From an uncultured Alphaproteobacteria bacterium (GTDB lineage: Bacteria; Pseudomonadota; Alphaproteobacteria; Rhizobiales; Beijerinckiaceae): a DNA stretch of 64,000 nucleotides. The DNA lies in assembly GCA_963726105.1 (NCBI GenBank), contig CAVSBJ010000018.1, positions 2,419 to 66,418 on the forward strand, given 5' to 3'. The position numbers were made by a program, and so were the translations under genes. Of the stretch, positions 45,055 to 55,703 are shown piece by piece. The notes beneath the pieces are model-generated. The model saw only the letters and a list, made by a program, of their open reading frames with translations, was not told the DNA's origin and did not search any database. How positions within the stretch are numbered: the first letter of the stretch is position 1; each line of letters begins with the position of its first letter.

Positions 45055-45738
45055 TCAGGCGGCGAGCGAAGCGAACAGCGCCCGTCCGTCTGTGCCGCCG
45101 ACCAGGGGGTCGATCAGGTTTTCTGGATGGGGCATCAAACCCAGCACATTGAACCGGTCGTTGAATACGCCGGCTATGGAATTGATGGCGCCGTTGGGGC
45201 TCGAGTCGTCCCCGACCCTGCCCTCAGCGTCGCAATAGCGGAATGCGACCCGGCCTTCCGCCTCGATTCTGCGGACGGTGTCATCATCGGCGACAAAATT
45301 TCCCTCGCCGTGGGCGATGGCGAATTTCACCACCTGTCCCGGCGCATAACGACGCGTGAAGGACGTTTGGGCGTTCTCGACCCGGACGTGCTGCATCTTG
45401 CAGACGAAGCGCAATTGCGCGTTGCGCATCAAAACGCCGGGCAAAAGGCCGGCCTCGCACAGGATCTGGAAGCCGTTGCAGACGCCCAACACCAGTCCGC
45501 CGCGCGCAACATGGTCGCCGACCGCGCGCATGATCGGCGCACGAGCGGCGATCGCGCCGCAGCGCAGATAGTCGCCGTAGGAGAATCCCCCCGGCAAAAC
45601 GACCAGATCCAGGCCCGGCGGCAGTTCGTGTTCTGCGTGCCAGACGGTTGCGGGCTTGGCCCCCGTAGCCTGCCGAAGCGCACGCGCGATATCGCCTTCG
45701 CGATTGATTCCGGGAAACAGGATGATCGCCGCGCGCAT
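45055..45738 (-). CDS. purQ: phosphoribosylformylglycinamidine synthase subunit PurQ
   Basis: MRAAIILFPGINRE.., LPGGFSYGDYLR, GVCNGFQIL and LGLMPHPE are present. ATG 45738 lies within the tracked ORF 45055..45801. Confidence 0.95.
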   Translation of the reverse strand: MRAAIILFPGINREGDIARALRQATGAKPATVWHAEHELPPGLDLVVLPGGFSYGDYLRCGAIAARAPIMRAVGDHVARGGLVLGVCNGFQILCEAGLLPGVLMRNAQLRFVCKMQHVRVENAQTSFTRRYAPGQVVKFAIAHGEGNFVADDDTVRRIEAEGRVAFRYCDAEGRVGDDSSPNGAINSIAGVFNDRFNVLGLMPHPENLIDPLVGGTDGRALFASLAA

Positions 45739-45743
45739 GGCGC

Positions 45744-45983
45744 TTACGCGATCTCGATGGCGTAATTCTCGACAATGGTGTTCGCGAGCAGGCGCTCGCA
45801 AGCTTCGCTAAGCTTCCTGCGCGCGGTCGCGTGGTCGGCGCCGTCAAGCTCGATGTCGAAGACCTTGCCTTGACGCACGCTTGTGAGGCCGTCGACCTCC
45901 AGTCCCTTGAGCGCGCCCTCGATCGCCTTGCCTTGCGGATCCAGCACGCTGGGTTTCAATGTCACGATTACGCGCGCTTTCAT
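45744..45983 (-). CDS. purS: phosphoribosylformylglycinamidine synthase subunit PurS
   Basis: 79-aa ORF. MKARVIVTLKPSVLDPQGKAIEGALKGLE is present. Confidence 0.95.
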   Translation of the reverse strand: MKARVIVTLKPSVLDPQGKAIEGALKGLEVDGLTSVRQGKVFDIELDGADHATARRKLSEACERLLANTIVENYAIEIA

Positions 45984-46004
45984 GGGGCGAGGGTTCCCAG
46001 CCGG

Positions 46005-46469
46005 TCAAGCGGCATTCGAGGTCGGAGCCATGGTCAGAAGCGCGTAAAGCGCCGCCGGATCCTTGGTCGCGCGCAATTGGGGAGCGACCCCGCCGTTGCG
46101 CAAGAGGCGGGCGCTCATCGCCAGCGCCTTGAGATGGTCGGCTCCCGCTGCTTCCGGGGCGATCAGCATGAAAATGAGATCGACGGGGAGACCGTCCGGA
46201 GCTTCGAAATCGATCGCGCGGTCTAGCCGTGCGAAGACGCCAAAAATCTGCGGACATTTGGCGAGCTTGCCATGCGGAATGGCGACGCCGTCGCCGACCC
46301 CGGTTGAGCCGAGCCGCTCGCGTTGTAAGATGGCGTCGAAGATCTCACGCGCCGGCAGGCCTGAAACCAGCGAGGCGCGCTCGCTCATCTCTTGCAGCGC
46401 CTGCTTCTTGCCGTTCACTCTCAGAGCGGCCAGCACAGCGTCGGGCCTAAGAAGTTGGGATAACGACAT
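46005..46469 (-). CDS. ptsN: PTS IIA-like nitrogen regulatory protein PtsN
   Basis: 154-aa ORF. STGVGDGVAIPHG (phospho-His context). It sits downstream of hpf and rpoN. Confidence 0.9.
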   Translation of the reverse strand: MSLSQLLRPDAVLAALRVNGKKQALQEMSERASLVSGLPAREIFDAILQRERLGSTGVGDGVAIPHGKLAKCPQIFGVFARLDRAIDFEAPDGLPVDLIFMLIAPEAAGADHLKALAMSARLLRNGGVAPQLRATKDPAALYALLTMAPTSNAA

Positions 46470-46480
46470 CTTCGTTCCGG

Positions 46481-47071
46481 TTATGCAGCGCGCGGCGGTT
46501 CGCGAGGGGCCTGGGGATCGAGCCAGCCGATCGCGCCGTCGCGGCGACGGTAGACAACATTCACCCGGCCGCTGCCGGCATGCTGGAAGACAATGACTGG
46601 GGCGCCGGTGAGATCGAGTTCAGCGACCGCCGACGCGACCGAAAGGGATTTGAGATCTTCTGCTCCTTCCGCCACGACGACGGGATCGAAGCCCCCGGAG
46701 GGTTCTTCCGCTTCCTCGGGCGGCAATTCGATAAGATAGTTCTCAACCTTGCCCCGCGCGTTCGTCGCGGAGGAGCCAGCATGGCCCTTGAGCCGGGTCT
46801 TGTAGCGGCGCAACCGGCTTTCAATCTTGTCGGCCGCCTGCTCGAAGCAACGGTAGGGCTCTTGCGCTCGACCCTCGGCGTGCAAACTCAAACCCGAGCT
46901 CAAACGTAAGGTGCAGTCCGAGCGATAGCCGGAGCCTTCGCGCGTCATCACCACGTGGCCACCGACGGAGCCGCTGAAATAGCGAGCGACCGTTGCCTCA
47001 ACCTTTTCCAGGACATGCTGTCGCAGAGCTTCCCCGATGTCGAGGTTCTTACCCGATACCCTCAAGGTCAT
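46481..47071 (-). CDS. hpf: ribosome hibernation-promoting factor (long HPF)
   Basis: 196-aa ORF. The N-terminus MTLRVSGKNLDIGEALRQHV.. is present, and the C-terminal dimerisation domain ends ..VNVVYRRRDGAIGWLDP. Confidence 0.9.
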   Translation of the reverse strand: MTLRVSGKNLDIGEALRQHVLEKVEATVARYFSGSVGGHVVMTREGSGYRSDCTLRLSSGLSLHAEGRAQEPYRCFEQAADKIESRLRRYKTRLKGHAGSSATNARGKVENYLIELPPEEAEEPSGGFDPVVVAEGAEDLKSLSVASAVAELDLTGAPVIVFQHAGSGRVNVVYRRRDGAIGWLDPQAPREPPRAA

Positions 47072-47269
47072 CGAACGCTAGCCTTACCATTCAGGCGGAG
47101 GGGCCTACGGCCCGCCGCTTCTCCGCACCGCCCCCCGCGCGTTCCTGTCCGCCCCTTCCGTTTCGGCTCGATCGGATCTCCGCTGGCCGAGTCGCGGTTA
47201 GGGTTAGGAGCCTGCCCGGCGCGTGTCAATCGTGGTGATAAAGGGTTCATATTAATACTAAAATTGCTA

Positions 47270-48838
47270 TTATGCTTCGACCGAAAGGGAATTCTGACGT
47301 CGAACGCGAGCCCGCGCCGTCGCCATCTTTATCTTTCGCCTTTCGACTGACGACGGGATTCTCAGGCTGTCGCGATATTTGGCGACCGTGCGGCGCGCCA
47401 CAATGACATCCGCCTTGCGCAGGCGTTCGACGATCACGTCGTCGGATAACACGTCGTCCGGGCTTTCGTCCTCGATCATCTGCCGGATGCGCTGGCGCAC
47501 GGATTCAGCCGAATGGGCCTGTCCCGGTTCGCTCGACGCGATCGCCGCGGTGAAGAAGTATTTCATCTCGAACAGACCGCGCGGCGTCTGGATAAACTTG
47601 TGCGCGGTGGCGCGCGAGACCGTCAATTCATGCACGCCGATGGCTTCACCGATCATTTTCAGGTTGAGCGGCCTTAAGGCCGAGACGCCCTCAAGAAGGA
47701 AGGCGTCCTGCCGCCGCACGATCTCGCTCGCCACGTTGAGGATGGTGCGCGCCCGCTGCTCGAGGCTTTTGGTCAGCCAGTTAGCCGCCTGCAGGTGGGT
47801 GGAGACGTATTGGCGATCCTCGTCTCGCTTCGCGCCGCGGCGGATCTCCGCTGCATAGACCTCGTTGACGAGCACGCGCGGCAACGCCCGGGTATTGAGC
47901 TCGACCCGCCAGCCGAAATCCCGCGCCGCGGTGACATGGACGTCGGGGATCGCCGGCGCCGCCGGCGGATCGCCGAAGGCGCGCCCAGGTTTAGGCTCGA
48001 GCCGCCGGATCTCGGCTAGCATGTCGCGCAGGTCCTCGTCGTCGACGCCGCAGACACGGCGCAACAGTGGAAAGTCGCGCCGGGCGAGCGCTGGCAGGTT
48101 CTCGACGAAAGCCTGCATTGCCGGATCGAAGCGGTCGCGCTCCTTGAGCTGCAGGGTGAGGCACTCCGCGAGCGAGCGCGCAAACACCCCCGTCGGCTCC
48201 AGGGTTTGCATGCGCATGAGCACACGCTCGACATGGTCGAGCTCGGCCCCGAGCCGCTCGGCGATTTCGGCCATCGAGCCTACGAAGTACCCAGCCTCGT
48301 CCAGACCGTCGATCAGTGCCGCGCCAACCATGCGTTCGGCCGGATCGGGAAGCAGAATCGCGGCCTGACGCTCGAGATGGTCGCGCAGCGACACCGCCTC
48401 CGCGACATAAGCTTCGAGGTCCGGGGCCTCGCCGGTGTCGGGGCCAGCGCCGACACCTGTCCAGGCGTTCGCGCTCAGGGTGTCGGCCGTGGCGGACTGG
48501 ATACCCGGCGAAGTACGGTCCGGGTCGAAGACGTTCTCGACCTCAGTGCCCAGATTGGCCGAAAGGGCCCCTGCGTCCGTTTCCAGCGCTTCGCTCGCCC
48601 AATCGCCCGGTTCCGGCCCGGCTTCGGCAAAGCCATCGCCTTGTGGCTCGGCCTGCTCGAGGCTTGCCTCCTCGCGCTCCTCCGCGCGTTCGAGCAGGGG
48701 ATTGCTCGCCAATTCGTTCTCGATGAACTGAGTGAGTTCAAGGTTCGGCATCTGCAACAGCTTGATCGCCTGCAGAAGCTGCGGCGTCAGAACCATTGCC
48801 TGACTCTGCCGCAACGCCAATCTGGCCGAGAGCGCCAT
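47270..48838 (-). CDS. rpoN: RNA polymerase sigma-54 factor
   Basis: 522-aa ORF. The N-terminal LALRQSQAMVLTPQLLQAIKLLQM, an acidic region II, the HTH and the RpoN box ARRTVAKYR are present. Confidence 0.95.
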   Translation of the reverse strand: MALSARLALRQSQAMVLTPQLLQAIKLLQMPNLELTQFIENELASNPLLERAEEREEASLEQAEPQGDGFAEAGPEPGDWASEALETDAGALSANLGTEVENVFDPDRTSPGIQSATADTLSANAWTGVGAGPDTGEAPDLEAYVAEAVSLRDHLERQAAILLPDPAERMVGAALIDGLDEAGYFVGSMAEIAERLGAELDHVERVLMRMQTLEPTGVFARSLAECLTLQLKERDRFDPAMQAFVENLPALARRDFPLLRRVCGVDDEDLRDMLAEIRRLEPKPGRAFGDPPAAPAIPDVHVTAARDFGWRVELNTRALPRVLVNEVYAAEIRRGAKRDEDRQYVSTHLQAANWLTKSLEQRARTILNVASEIVRRQDAFLLEGVSALRPLNLKMIGEAIGVHELTVSRATAHKFIQTPRGLFEMKYFFTAAIASSEPGQAHSAESVRQRIRQMIEDESPDDVLSDDVIVERLRKADVIVARRTVAKYRDSLRIPSSVERRKIKMATARARVRRQNSLSVEA

Positions 48839-49165
48839 ACCTACCGCCAGCCCCTTACCGCATCACATCCGAGTCGCATTCGCAGACCCGGCGTTTGTTT
48901 TGCTTACAGCGGGCGTCTCATAGCACGTTCTCTACAGTTGTCTAATGCAAGAATCGCGCCGTTTCCCGGTGTCAATCTCGGCGACCTCATTGAGATTCGA
49001 TCGCCGCCTATCTCGTATGACAGATGTGGATTAAGCAAATAACCCCGGTGCGAGAATGGACAATGAGTCGAAAAATTGATATAAAGATTTGCTTATATGT
49101 TTATTGCACGTTTCCGGCGTCCCTGATAAGAGGCCCCTGTTACGAAAAAAGGACTTTCGCCGCCC

Positions 49166-50593
49166 ATGACCAAGACCGCCACGACGCTCGTGAGCAAGGC
49201 TCACGACTACGCCATCGCCGACATCAAGCTCGCGGACTACGGCCGTAAGGAGATCGCGATCGCCGAGACCGAAATGCCGGGACTCATGGCGACCCGAGCG
49301 GAATACGCCAAGAGCCAGCCGCTCAAAGGCGCGCGAATCGCAGGCTCTCTGCACATGACCATTCAGACCGCCGTCCTCATCGAGACCTTGAAGGCCCTCG
49401 GGGCCGATGTCCGCTGGGCCTCATGCAATATCTATTCGACCCAGGATCACGCCGCCGCGGCGATCGCCGCCACCGGCACGCCGGTGTTCGCCGTCAAGGG
49501 CGAGAGCCTCAAGGATTATTGGGACTATACGCACCGCATCTTCGAATGGGCGGACGGCGGCTTCCCCAACATGATTCTCGACGACGGCGGCGACGCAACC
49601 CTGCTTATCCATCTCGGCCAGCGCGCCGAAAAGGGCGACACGAAATTCCTCGATACGGCCTCGAATGAAGAAGAAGAGGTGCTCTACGCGGCCATCAAGG
49701 CGCGGCTCAACAGCCATCCCGGCTGGTACGGCAAAAACGCCGCATCGATCCGCGGCGTGACCGAAGAGACGACCACGGGCGTCCACCGTCTTTATATCAT
49801 GGCCAAGGAGGGCAAGCTCCTGTGGCCGGCCATCAACGTCAATGACAGCGTCACCAAGTCGAAGTTCGACAATCTCTACGGCTGCCGCGAGTCGCTGGTC
49901 GACGGCATCCGGCGCGGCACGGACGTGATGATGGCCGGCAAGGTGGCGATGGTCGCGGGCTTTGGCGACGTCGGCAAGGGCTCGGCTGCTTCCCTTCGCA
50001 ACGCTGGTTGCCGGGTCATGGTCTCCGAGGTCGATCCGATCTGCGCGCTTCAGGCGGCGATGGAGGGCTATGAAGTCACCACCATGGACGACGCCGCGCC
50101 GCGCGCCGACATTTTCGTCACCGCCACCGGCAACGTCGACGTCATCACCCTCGATCACATGCGCGCGATGCACGACCGCGCCATCGTCTGCAACATCGGC
50201 CACTTCGACTCTGAGATCCAGGTCGGCGCGCTGCGCAATTACAAATGGAGCAACGTCAAGCCGCAGGTCGACGAGATTGAATTCCCCGACGGCAAGAAGA
50301 TCATTCTTCTGTCGGAAGGGCGCTTGGTCAATCTCGGCAACGCCACCGGCCATCCGTCCTTCGTGATGTCGGCGTCATTCACCAATCAGACCTTGGCTCA
50401 GATCGAGCTCTTCACCAAGCCCAGCGACTATAAGAAGCAGGTCTACACCCTGCCCAAGCATCTAGACGAGAAGGTCGCCTCGCTGCATCTGGCCAAGATC
50501 GGCGTCAAACTGACCAAGATGACGCCGGAACAGTCGAAATACCTCGGCGTCGCAGAGGCAGGACCGTTCAAGCCGGAGCACTACCGCTACTGA
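49166..50593 (+). CDS. ahcY: adenosylhomocysteinase
   Basis: 475-aa [35 protein letters not shown] (NAD motif) and HLDEKVA are present. Confidence 0.95.
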   Translation: MTKTATTLVSKAHDYAIADIKLADYGRKEIAIAETEMPGLMATRAEYAKSQPLKGARIAGSLHMTIQTAVLIETLKALGADVRWASCNIYSTQDHAAAAIAATGTPVFAVKGESLKDYWDYTHRIFEWADGGFPNMILDDGGDATLLIHLGQRAEKGDTKFLDTASNEEEEVLYAAIKARLNSHPGWYGKNAASIRGVTEETTTGVHRLYIMAKEGKLLWPAINVNDSVTKSKFDNLYGCRESLVDGIRRGTDVMMAGKVAMVAGFGDVGKGSAASLRNAGCRVMVSEVDPICALQAAMEGYEVTTMDDAAPRADIFVTATGNVDVITLDHMRAMHDRAIVCNIGHFDSEIQVGALRNYKWSNVKPQVDEIEFPDGKKIILLSEGRLVNLGNATGHPSFVMSASFTNQTLAQIELFTKPSDYKKQVYTLPKHLDEKVASLHLAKIGVKLTKMTPEQSKYLGVAEAGPFKPEHYRY

Positions 50594-50881
50594 GTCGAGA
50601 GCGAACTGATAAAGCGCCCCAAGGACGGTTGCTTCTGCGCGAGCAACCATGTGAGGCCGTCACTTGGACGCCCGTGAAAACCGCGTCTAGTCAAGTTCGT
50701 GAGACGCTGGTTCCCGCTTGCGAAGATTCGCGCCCGCGCGAGCAAGAACTCGTTTCGGGCGGGCAAAAAACTGCTGAAGATCGAAGCCGCGATGTCGTTG
50801 TCGCGGAAACGCTCGATCATCATGAACAGCGTTGCCGTTGGTCCCGGCGCCCTTCCCGCCGTACGTAAAACGGCGCCCGGC

Positions 50882-51292
50882 CTAGACGTTCAGCGGAGGC
50901 GGATGTTTTTCAATCTTAGGCAGCGCGGGGTCGAAGCACGCCCATTTCGGCGCCGATTGGGTCCAAATTGTCGACGTCGGCGCCGCCAGATCGGGATCGT
51001 CAAGCGTCCCCGCGCGAATGAAAGTGAGCGTCGGCCGTTCTTCCGCTTCGCTGAAAACCTGCGTGCCGCATTGGGTGCAGAAGCGCCGATGCATGGTCGC
51101 CCCGCTGTCGGCCTTGCAAACATAGTCGCTGAGCGGACCGGACACGGTAACATCGTCCTTGCGGAAAAGCGCGCCGACTGCTCCGGTTCCGCAGCCAAGA
51201 TACTGGCACACCCGGCACCAGCAATAGCGCGCGCCGAGCGGCGCCGCCGCCTTGACCTCGTACCGCACCGCTCCGCACAGACATCCGCCCAT
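50882..51292 (-). CDS. GFA family protein (second copy in the window)
   Basis: MGGCLCGAVRYE.., YCWCRVCQ and FCTQCG are present. ATG 51292 (alternatively 51337) lies within the tracked ORF 50882..51433. Confidence 0.8.
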   Translation of the reverse strand: MGGCLCGAVRYEVKAAAPLGARYCWCRVCQYLGCGTGAVGALFRKDDVTVSGPLSDYVCKADSGATMHRRFCTQCGTQVFSEAEERPTLTFIRAGTLDDPDLAAPTSTIWTQSAPKWACFDPALPKIEKHPPPLNV

Positions 51293-51478
51293 GATCGCCA
51301 AAAAAGAACCCTTCTTGATCGTTTTCGGGCCACACATATGAGAAATCAGGAGCGCTGGCCAGCGAACGGGCGCTGTGTCATGGACTTGGCCTCTTGGCCT
51401 GTCCGGCAAGGTTGAGGTTGCAGATAAGCCCAAGGCGGACTACAAGGGTCGATCAAGTTTTACAATTCGCCGGCGAAG

Positions 51479-51946
51479 ATGGTTCTGGCCTTCGGCCGGC
51501 GGCATGTGATGTCAATGGAAACGAAGAGCGCACCGAATCCTGATGTCTGCTACGGCGTGCTGCTCCGAAGGCTCGCTGCCGCAGGCGTGCGCCCAACCAG
51601 GCAAAGGCTCGATCTTGCGCGCGTGATCTTCGGCGCCGGAAACCGGCACTTCACCGCCGAGATGATCTATCACGAGACGCGCTCGATTCAGTTCGCCCCG
51701 ACGCTGGGCACCATATACAATACGCTCAACGAATTTTCGCGCTCCGGCCTGCTAAGGGAGATCGCGATCTACGACGCCAAGCTCTGGTATGACACCAAGA
51801 CCGGGCCGCACTACCATTTCTACCGCGAGGACACCGAAGAGCTGTCCGACATTCCCGAGGAATTTCTGCCGAAGTTCGACATTCCCGCCCCTGACGGCAT
51901 GCGCGTCGCGGCGATCGACGTCATTGTCCGGCTGAAGAAAGACTGA
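51479..51946 (+). CDS. irr: iron response regulator Irr (Fur family)
   Basis: RPTRQRLDLARVIF..HFTAEMIYHE..LGTIYNTLNEFSRSGLLREI..HYHFY..VIVRLKK is close to rhizobial Irr as I recall it. The start may be ATG 51509. Confidence 0.85.
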   Translation: MVLAFGRRHVMSMETKSAPNPDVCYGVLLRRLAAAGVRPTRQRLDLARVIFGAGNRHFTAEMIYHETRSIQFAPTLGTIYNTLNEFSRSGLLREIAIYDAKLWYDTKTGPHYHFYREDTEELSDIPEEFLPKFDIPAPDGMRVAAIDVIVRLKKD

Positions 51947-52123
51947 CGGAACGATTCGCAGCTGCTGCTACTCGCTTTGCGAGACGCCTCCGATCTTTTT
52001 CCATCAATGGCCCGTCGAGCGATTTTCTTCGATCGCTCAACTCAGGACTTCTAACTCGATGTGGCGATGCCCAGATGAAGGGTCAGGGCCGTCGAACCTG
52101 CGGGCCCCCCATCCGAGCATTTC

Positions 52124-53137
52124 ATGACCCCCCTATCCATCCTCGAGCTTGTTCGCGTCACGCAGGCGACCGACGCTCGCGGCGCGCTCAACAACGCTCG
52201 CGACCTCGCCGCTCACGCCGAGAAATGGGGCTATCAGCGCGTCTGGGTGGCGGAGCATCACAACATGGCTGGCATTGCCAGCGCCGCGACGTCGGTCGTG
52301 CTTGCTCATATCGCCGAGGGGACGAAGACCATCCGGGTCGGGGCGGGAGGCATCATGCTTCCGAACCATGCGCCCTACGTCATCGCCGAGCAGTTCGGCA
52401 CGCTGGCGCGGCTCTTTCCCGGCCGCATCGATCTCGGACTTGGCCGGGCGCCAGGCACCGACCAGCTCACGCTGCACGCGCTGCGTCGATCGCCGGAGGC
52501 CGCGGAGACCTTTCCGCAAGACGTCATGGAGCTCCAGGCGTTTCTGGCGCCGGCCGTTCCGAATCAGCGCATCCAGGCGGTGCCAGCGGCGGGAACCGAA
52601 GTGCCGCTCTATATCCTGGGATCGAGCCATTTCGGGGCAATGCTGGCCGCCGAACTGGGCCTCCCTTATGCTTTCGCGTCGCACTTCGCGCCCGATCATC
52701 TGATCACCGCGCTTGAGATTTACCGCAGCCGGTTCAAGCCGTCCGAGCAACTCGACCGGCCCTATGCGATCGTGGGCGTCAACATCGTCGCGGCCGAAAG
52801 CGACGAGAAGGCGCGGCGGCTCGCGACGACGCAGCAGATGTCGTTCACCAACATCTTTCGTGGCGCTCGCGGTCTGAGTCAGCCGCCGATCGACGACATC
52901 GAAAGCTATTGGACACCAATGGAAAAGGCGCAAGCCATGCGGATGCTGTCGCGCTCCATCATCGGCTCCCTGGATACAGTCCGCAAAGGCTTGGACGCAC
53001 TGGTTGAGGAAACCGGAGCCGATGAGCTCATCGTCGTCTCCGACGTCTACGACCACGCAGAACGACTGCGATCGATCAAGCTGATCGCCGAGGCCGGCGG
53101 CCTCTCTGCAGAGGGCTCCAGGCGCCGTGCTGGCTAA
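52124..53137 (+). CDS. LLM-class flavin-dependent oxidoreductase (luciferase-like)
   Basis: 337-aa [29 protein letters not shown] and [12 protein letters not shown] are present. Confidence 0.9.
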   Translation: MTPLSILELVRVTQATDARGALNNARDLAAHAEKWGYQRVWVAEHHNMAGIASAATSVVLAHIAEGTKTIRVGAGGIMLPNHAPYVIAEQFGTLARLFPGRIDLGLGRAPGTDQLTLHALRRSPEAAETFPQDVMELQAFLAPAVPNQRIQAVPAAGTEVPLYILGSSHFGAMLAAELGLPYAFASHFAPDHLITALEIYRSRFKPSEQLDRPYAIVGVNIVAAESDEKARRLATTQQMSFTNIFRGARGLSQPPIDDIESYWTPMEKAQAMRMLSRSIIGSLDTVRKGLDALVEETGADELIVVSDVYDHAERLRSIKLIAEAGGLSAEGSRRRAG

Positions 53138-54030
53138 GCGGCCGCCTTGCTTCGCTCTGCGATCGCCGCTGCGATCGACAGCGTCCGGCGCGCCATTTCG
53201 GCGTGCAACAGCTCCACCATGCGCCCGTTGAGCTGAATGACGCCCTTGCCGGCGTTCTCCGGCAGCGCAAACGCCTCGATGATCGCGGCGGCGCTTTCGA
53301 CCTCCGCCGGGGCGGGAGCGAACACCTCGTTGCAGATGTCGATCTGGCTGGGGTGGATCAGCGTCTTGCCGTCGAGTCCCATGTCACGGCCCTGCAGGCA
53401 TTCGAGGCGGAAACCGTCGAGACCCCCGATGTCATTGTAGACGCCGTCGAGGATGTCGACGCCGTGGGCGCGCGCGGCGACAACGCAGCTGGCAAGCCAT
53501 GCGGTCATCGTCGGACGACCGGGAGTGAGCCTCGCCCGCGTTTCCTTGGCGAGGTCATTCAGACCCATCACCATCACCGAGAGGCGAGAACTCGGGTCGG
53601 CGGCGACCGAGGCGATCGAGCCCGCGTTCAAAATAGCGTTCGGCGTCTCCATCATCGCCCAGATGCGAGTCCCCTCGGGCGCCTCGGTTTCGCGCAACAC
53701 CCGAGCCGCCACCATAATCGCCCCCGGGCCGTCGACCTTGGGCAAGAGAATGGCGTCGGGCTTCGCCGCCGCGGCGGCGGCCAGATCGTCCTCTGCCCAC
53801 GGGGTGTGCGGCCCGTTGACGCGGATGACCACCTCGCGCCCGCCAAAACCACCGGCGCGCACGGCCTGAACGACCTGCTCGCGAGCGGCGATTTTCTGGT
53901 CGGGAGCGACGGAATCCTCGAGATCAAGGATCAGCGCGTCGGCCGGCAGTGTCGCGGCTTTGGCCAAGGCTTTGGCGTTGGAGCCGGGCATGTAAAGGAC
54001 GCTTCGACGCGGGCGGGCAAGCATGAACAT
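53134..54030 (-). CDS. HpcH/HpaI aldolase / CitE-like CoA ester lyase family protein
   Basis: 298-aa [31 protein letters not shown] and [10 protein letters not shown] are present. The stop overlaps the convergent LLM stop by 4 nt. Confidence 0.85.
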   Translation of the reverse strand: MFMLARPRRSVLYMPGSNAKALAKAATLPADALILDLEDSVAPDQKIAAREQVVQAVRAGGFGGREVVIRVNGPHTPWAEDDLAAAAAAKPDAILLPKVDGPGAIMVAARVLRETEAPEGTRIWAMMETPNAILNAGSIASVAADPSSRLSVMVMGLNDLAKETRARLTPGRPTMTAWLASCVVAARAHGVDILDGVYNDIGGLDGFRLECLQGRDMGLDGKTLIHPSQIDICNEVFAPAPAEVESAAAIIEAFALPENAGKGVIQLNGRMVELLHAEMARRTLSIAAAIAERSKAAA

Positions 54031-54259
54031 CTTCCGAGATTAGCTGCTCGCATTTAACGAGAAGTATGCTGCGGCGCCAGAGAAACTTTCCCACGTCAGC
54101 ATCGTGTTTACGGGACCTGCAATTGCTTGATCAAACGCATGCTAAAGCCTGCATGCGCGCAAAACCCGAAGGACATTACGAGGGGCATCGACCGCGACGC
54201 CGATTGTGTGCTCTTAGTGGGAGCGAACGGGCCAACGGGAACAATTCAAGGGCAAGGAA

Positions 54260-55597
54260 ATGGCGATATCGGAGGCGATGACAGCGACGCCGCGGGTCAA
54301 ATCGATCCAGCGGATTGCGCTCGCAATGCTGGTCGTAGCCGGCGTGATCAATTACGTCGACCGGGCCACCCTGGCGGTCGCGAATCTGCTGATCCGCGAC
54401 GATCTGCATTTGTCGATCGCGGACATGGGTTATCTGCTATCGGCCTTTCTCTGGGCCTACGCCTTTGCGCAATTGCCCACGGGCGCAATGGTCGACAAGC
54501 TCGGGCCGCGCCTCCTGCTGGCTTGCGGTCTCACGCTTTGGTCGTTCGCCCAGCTTCTCGGCGGACTCATCCAGAGCTTCGGTCAGTTTTTCAGCGTCCG
54601 GCTCCTTTTGGGCGTGGGCGAGGCGCCCCAGTTTCCGACCGGCGCCCGCGTCGTCCGCGATTGGTTCAATCCGCGCGACCGCGGCCTCGCGACCGGTATT
54701 TTCAACTGCGCGTCATCCTTGGGCACGGCGATCGCGGTGCCGCTCCTGACCTTCCTCATGCTGAGCTTCGGCTGGCGCGTGATGTTCATGATCATGGGAA
54801 TCGCCGGTCTTGTCATGGCGGCGGTCTGGTATGTCTTCTACCGCAATCCGACCGAAGTGCCGCTCACGGCGGACGAGACAGCCTATCGCACGCACGGCGA
54901 TCCGCCGGGTCAGCGAACGCAGGTGACCTTCAGGGAATGGAGGCAGTTGTTCCGCTTCCGAACCACCTGGGGCATGATTCTCGGCTATTTCGGCTGCATT
55001 TATCTCACGTGGATCTATACGGCGTGGCTGCCCGGCTATCTCGAGATCGAGCGGCACATGAGCGTCAAGTTCACTGGGTTCGCCGCAGCCATTCCCTTCG
55101 TCTTTGGCGTGGTCGGCGGGGTCCTGGGCGGCTATCTCTCGGATATTCTCGTGCGACGCGGCGTGGCGCCGGTGAAGAGCCGCCGGTATCCGGCCACGAT
55201 CGCTCTATGCGGGACTGCGGCATGCACCCTCGCCGCGGCCTTCGTCACCAGCAACGCGCTGGCGATCGCATTCATTTCGGCTTCGCTCTTTCTCCTCTAC
55301 GTCACGAGCACCTGCGCCTGGGCGCTAAGCTCGGTCGCGGCCCCCACAAACTGCACGGCTTCAATCGGAGCCATGCAGAACTTCGGCGGTTATCTTGGCG
55401 GCGCGCTCGCGCCCACGGTGACCGGGCTCATTGTGCAGCGCACCGGCTCGTTCGTGCCGGCGCTGGTCGTGGGCGCGATCATCGGGCTTGCCTCGGCGGC
55501 GTCGTATTTCTTCATTGTCGACCAGCCGATCACCGCCGCCGACATCGACGCCATTTCGCAACCCGACGCCGCTCCATTGCCGGCGCGCGGGGGGTAA
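54260..55597 (+). CDS. MFS transporter (anion:cation symporter ACS-like)
   Basis: 445-aa ORF with 12 predicted TM segments. INYVDRATLAVAN and QLPTGAMVDKLGPR are present. Confidence 0.9.
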   Translation: MAISEAMTATPRVKSIQRIALAMLVVAGVINYVDRATLAVANLLIRDDLHLSIADMGYLLSAFLWAYAFAQLPTGAMVDKLGPRLLLACGLTLWSFAQLLGGLIQSFGQFFSVRLLLGVGEAPQFPTGARVVRDWFNPRDRGLATGIFNCASSLGTAIAVPLLTFLMLSFGWRVMFMIMGIAGLVMAAVWYVFYRNPTEVPLTADETAYRTHGDPPGQRTQVTFREWRQLFRFRTTWGMILGYFGCIYLTWIYTAWLPGYLEIERHMSVKFTGFAAAIPFVFGVVGGVLGGYLSDILVRRGVAPVKSRRYPATIALCGTAACTLAAAFVTSNALAIAFISASLFLLYVTSTCAWALSSVAAPTNCTASIGAMQNFGGYLGGALAPTVTGLIVQRTGSFVPALVVGAIIGLASAASYFFIVDQPITAADIDAISQPDAAPLPARGG

Positions 55598-55656
55598 GGC
55601 GCGCCGTGACGAACGCGGTCCGTTTGGATTGTCTTGGCGCGTGGCCGTTTCGCTGC

Positions 55657-55678
55657 AAAAACCCCCGATTTTGAGGGT
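55657..55678 (-). terminator. intrinsic-terminator-like hairpin with a U-run on the minus strand
   Basis: The minus strand reads ACCCTC-AAAATC-GGGGGT followed by TTTTGC (one G-U pair in a 6-bp stem). Confidence 0.45.
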
Positions 55679-55683
55679 TGTAA

Positions 55684-55703
55684 TTCCTTGGATTTCCTTG
55701 GAT
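55684..55703. repeat. perfect 10-bp tandem repeat TTCCTTGGAT x2
   Basis: Read directly at 55684-55693 and 55694-55703. Confidence 0.9.

Noticed and set aside
48839-49165. Looked for an SAH riboswitch upstream of ahcY
   Set aside because: The conserved GAGGAGCGCUGC..CAGGCUCGG..GGCGCUCAC elements I recall are absent. The leader is simply AT-rich. An Infernal scan with RF01057 would settle it.
50587-50823. 78-aa minus-strand ORF in the ahcY/GFA convergent gap
   Set aside because: No RBS and no recognisable motif, and it lies between two convergent gene ends. I cannot support it as coding.
52035-52050. TTCTAA half-site considered as an Irr ICE box near irr and the LLM gene
   Set aside because: Only one half of TTTAGAA-N3-TTCTAAA is present.
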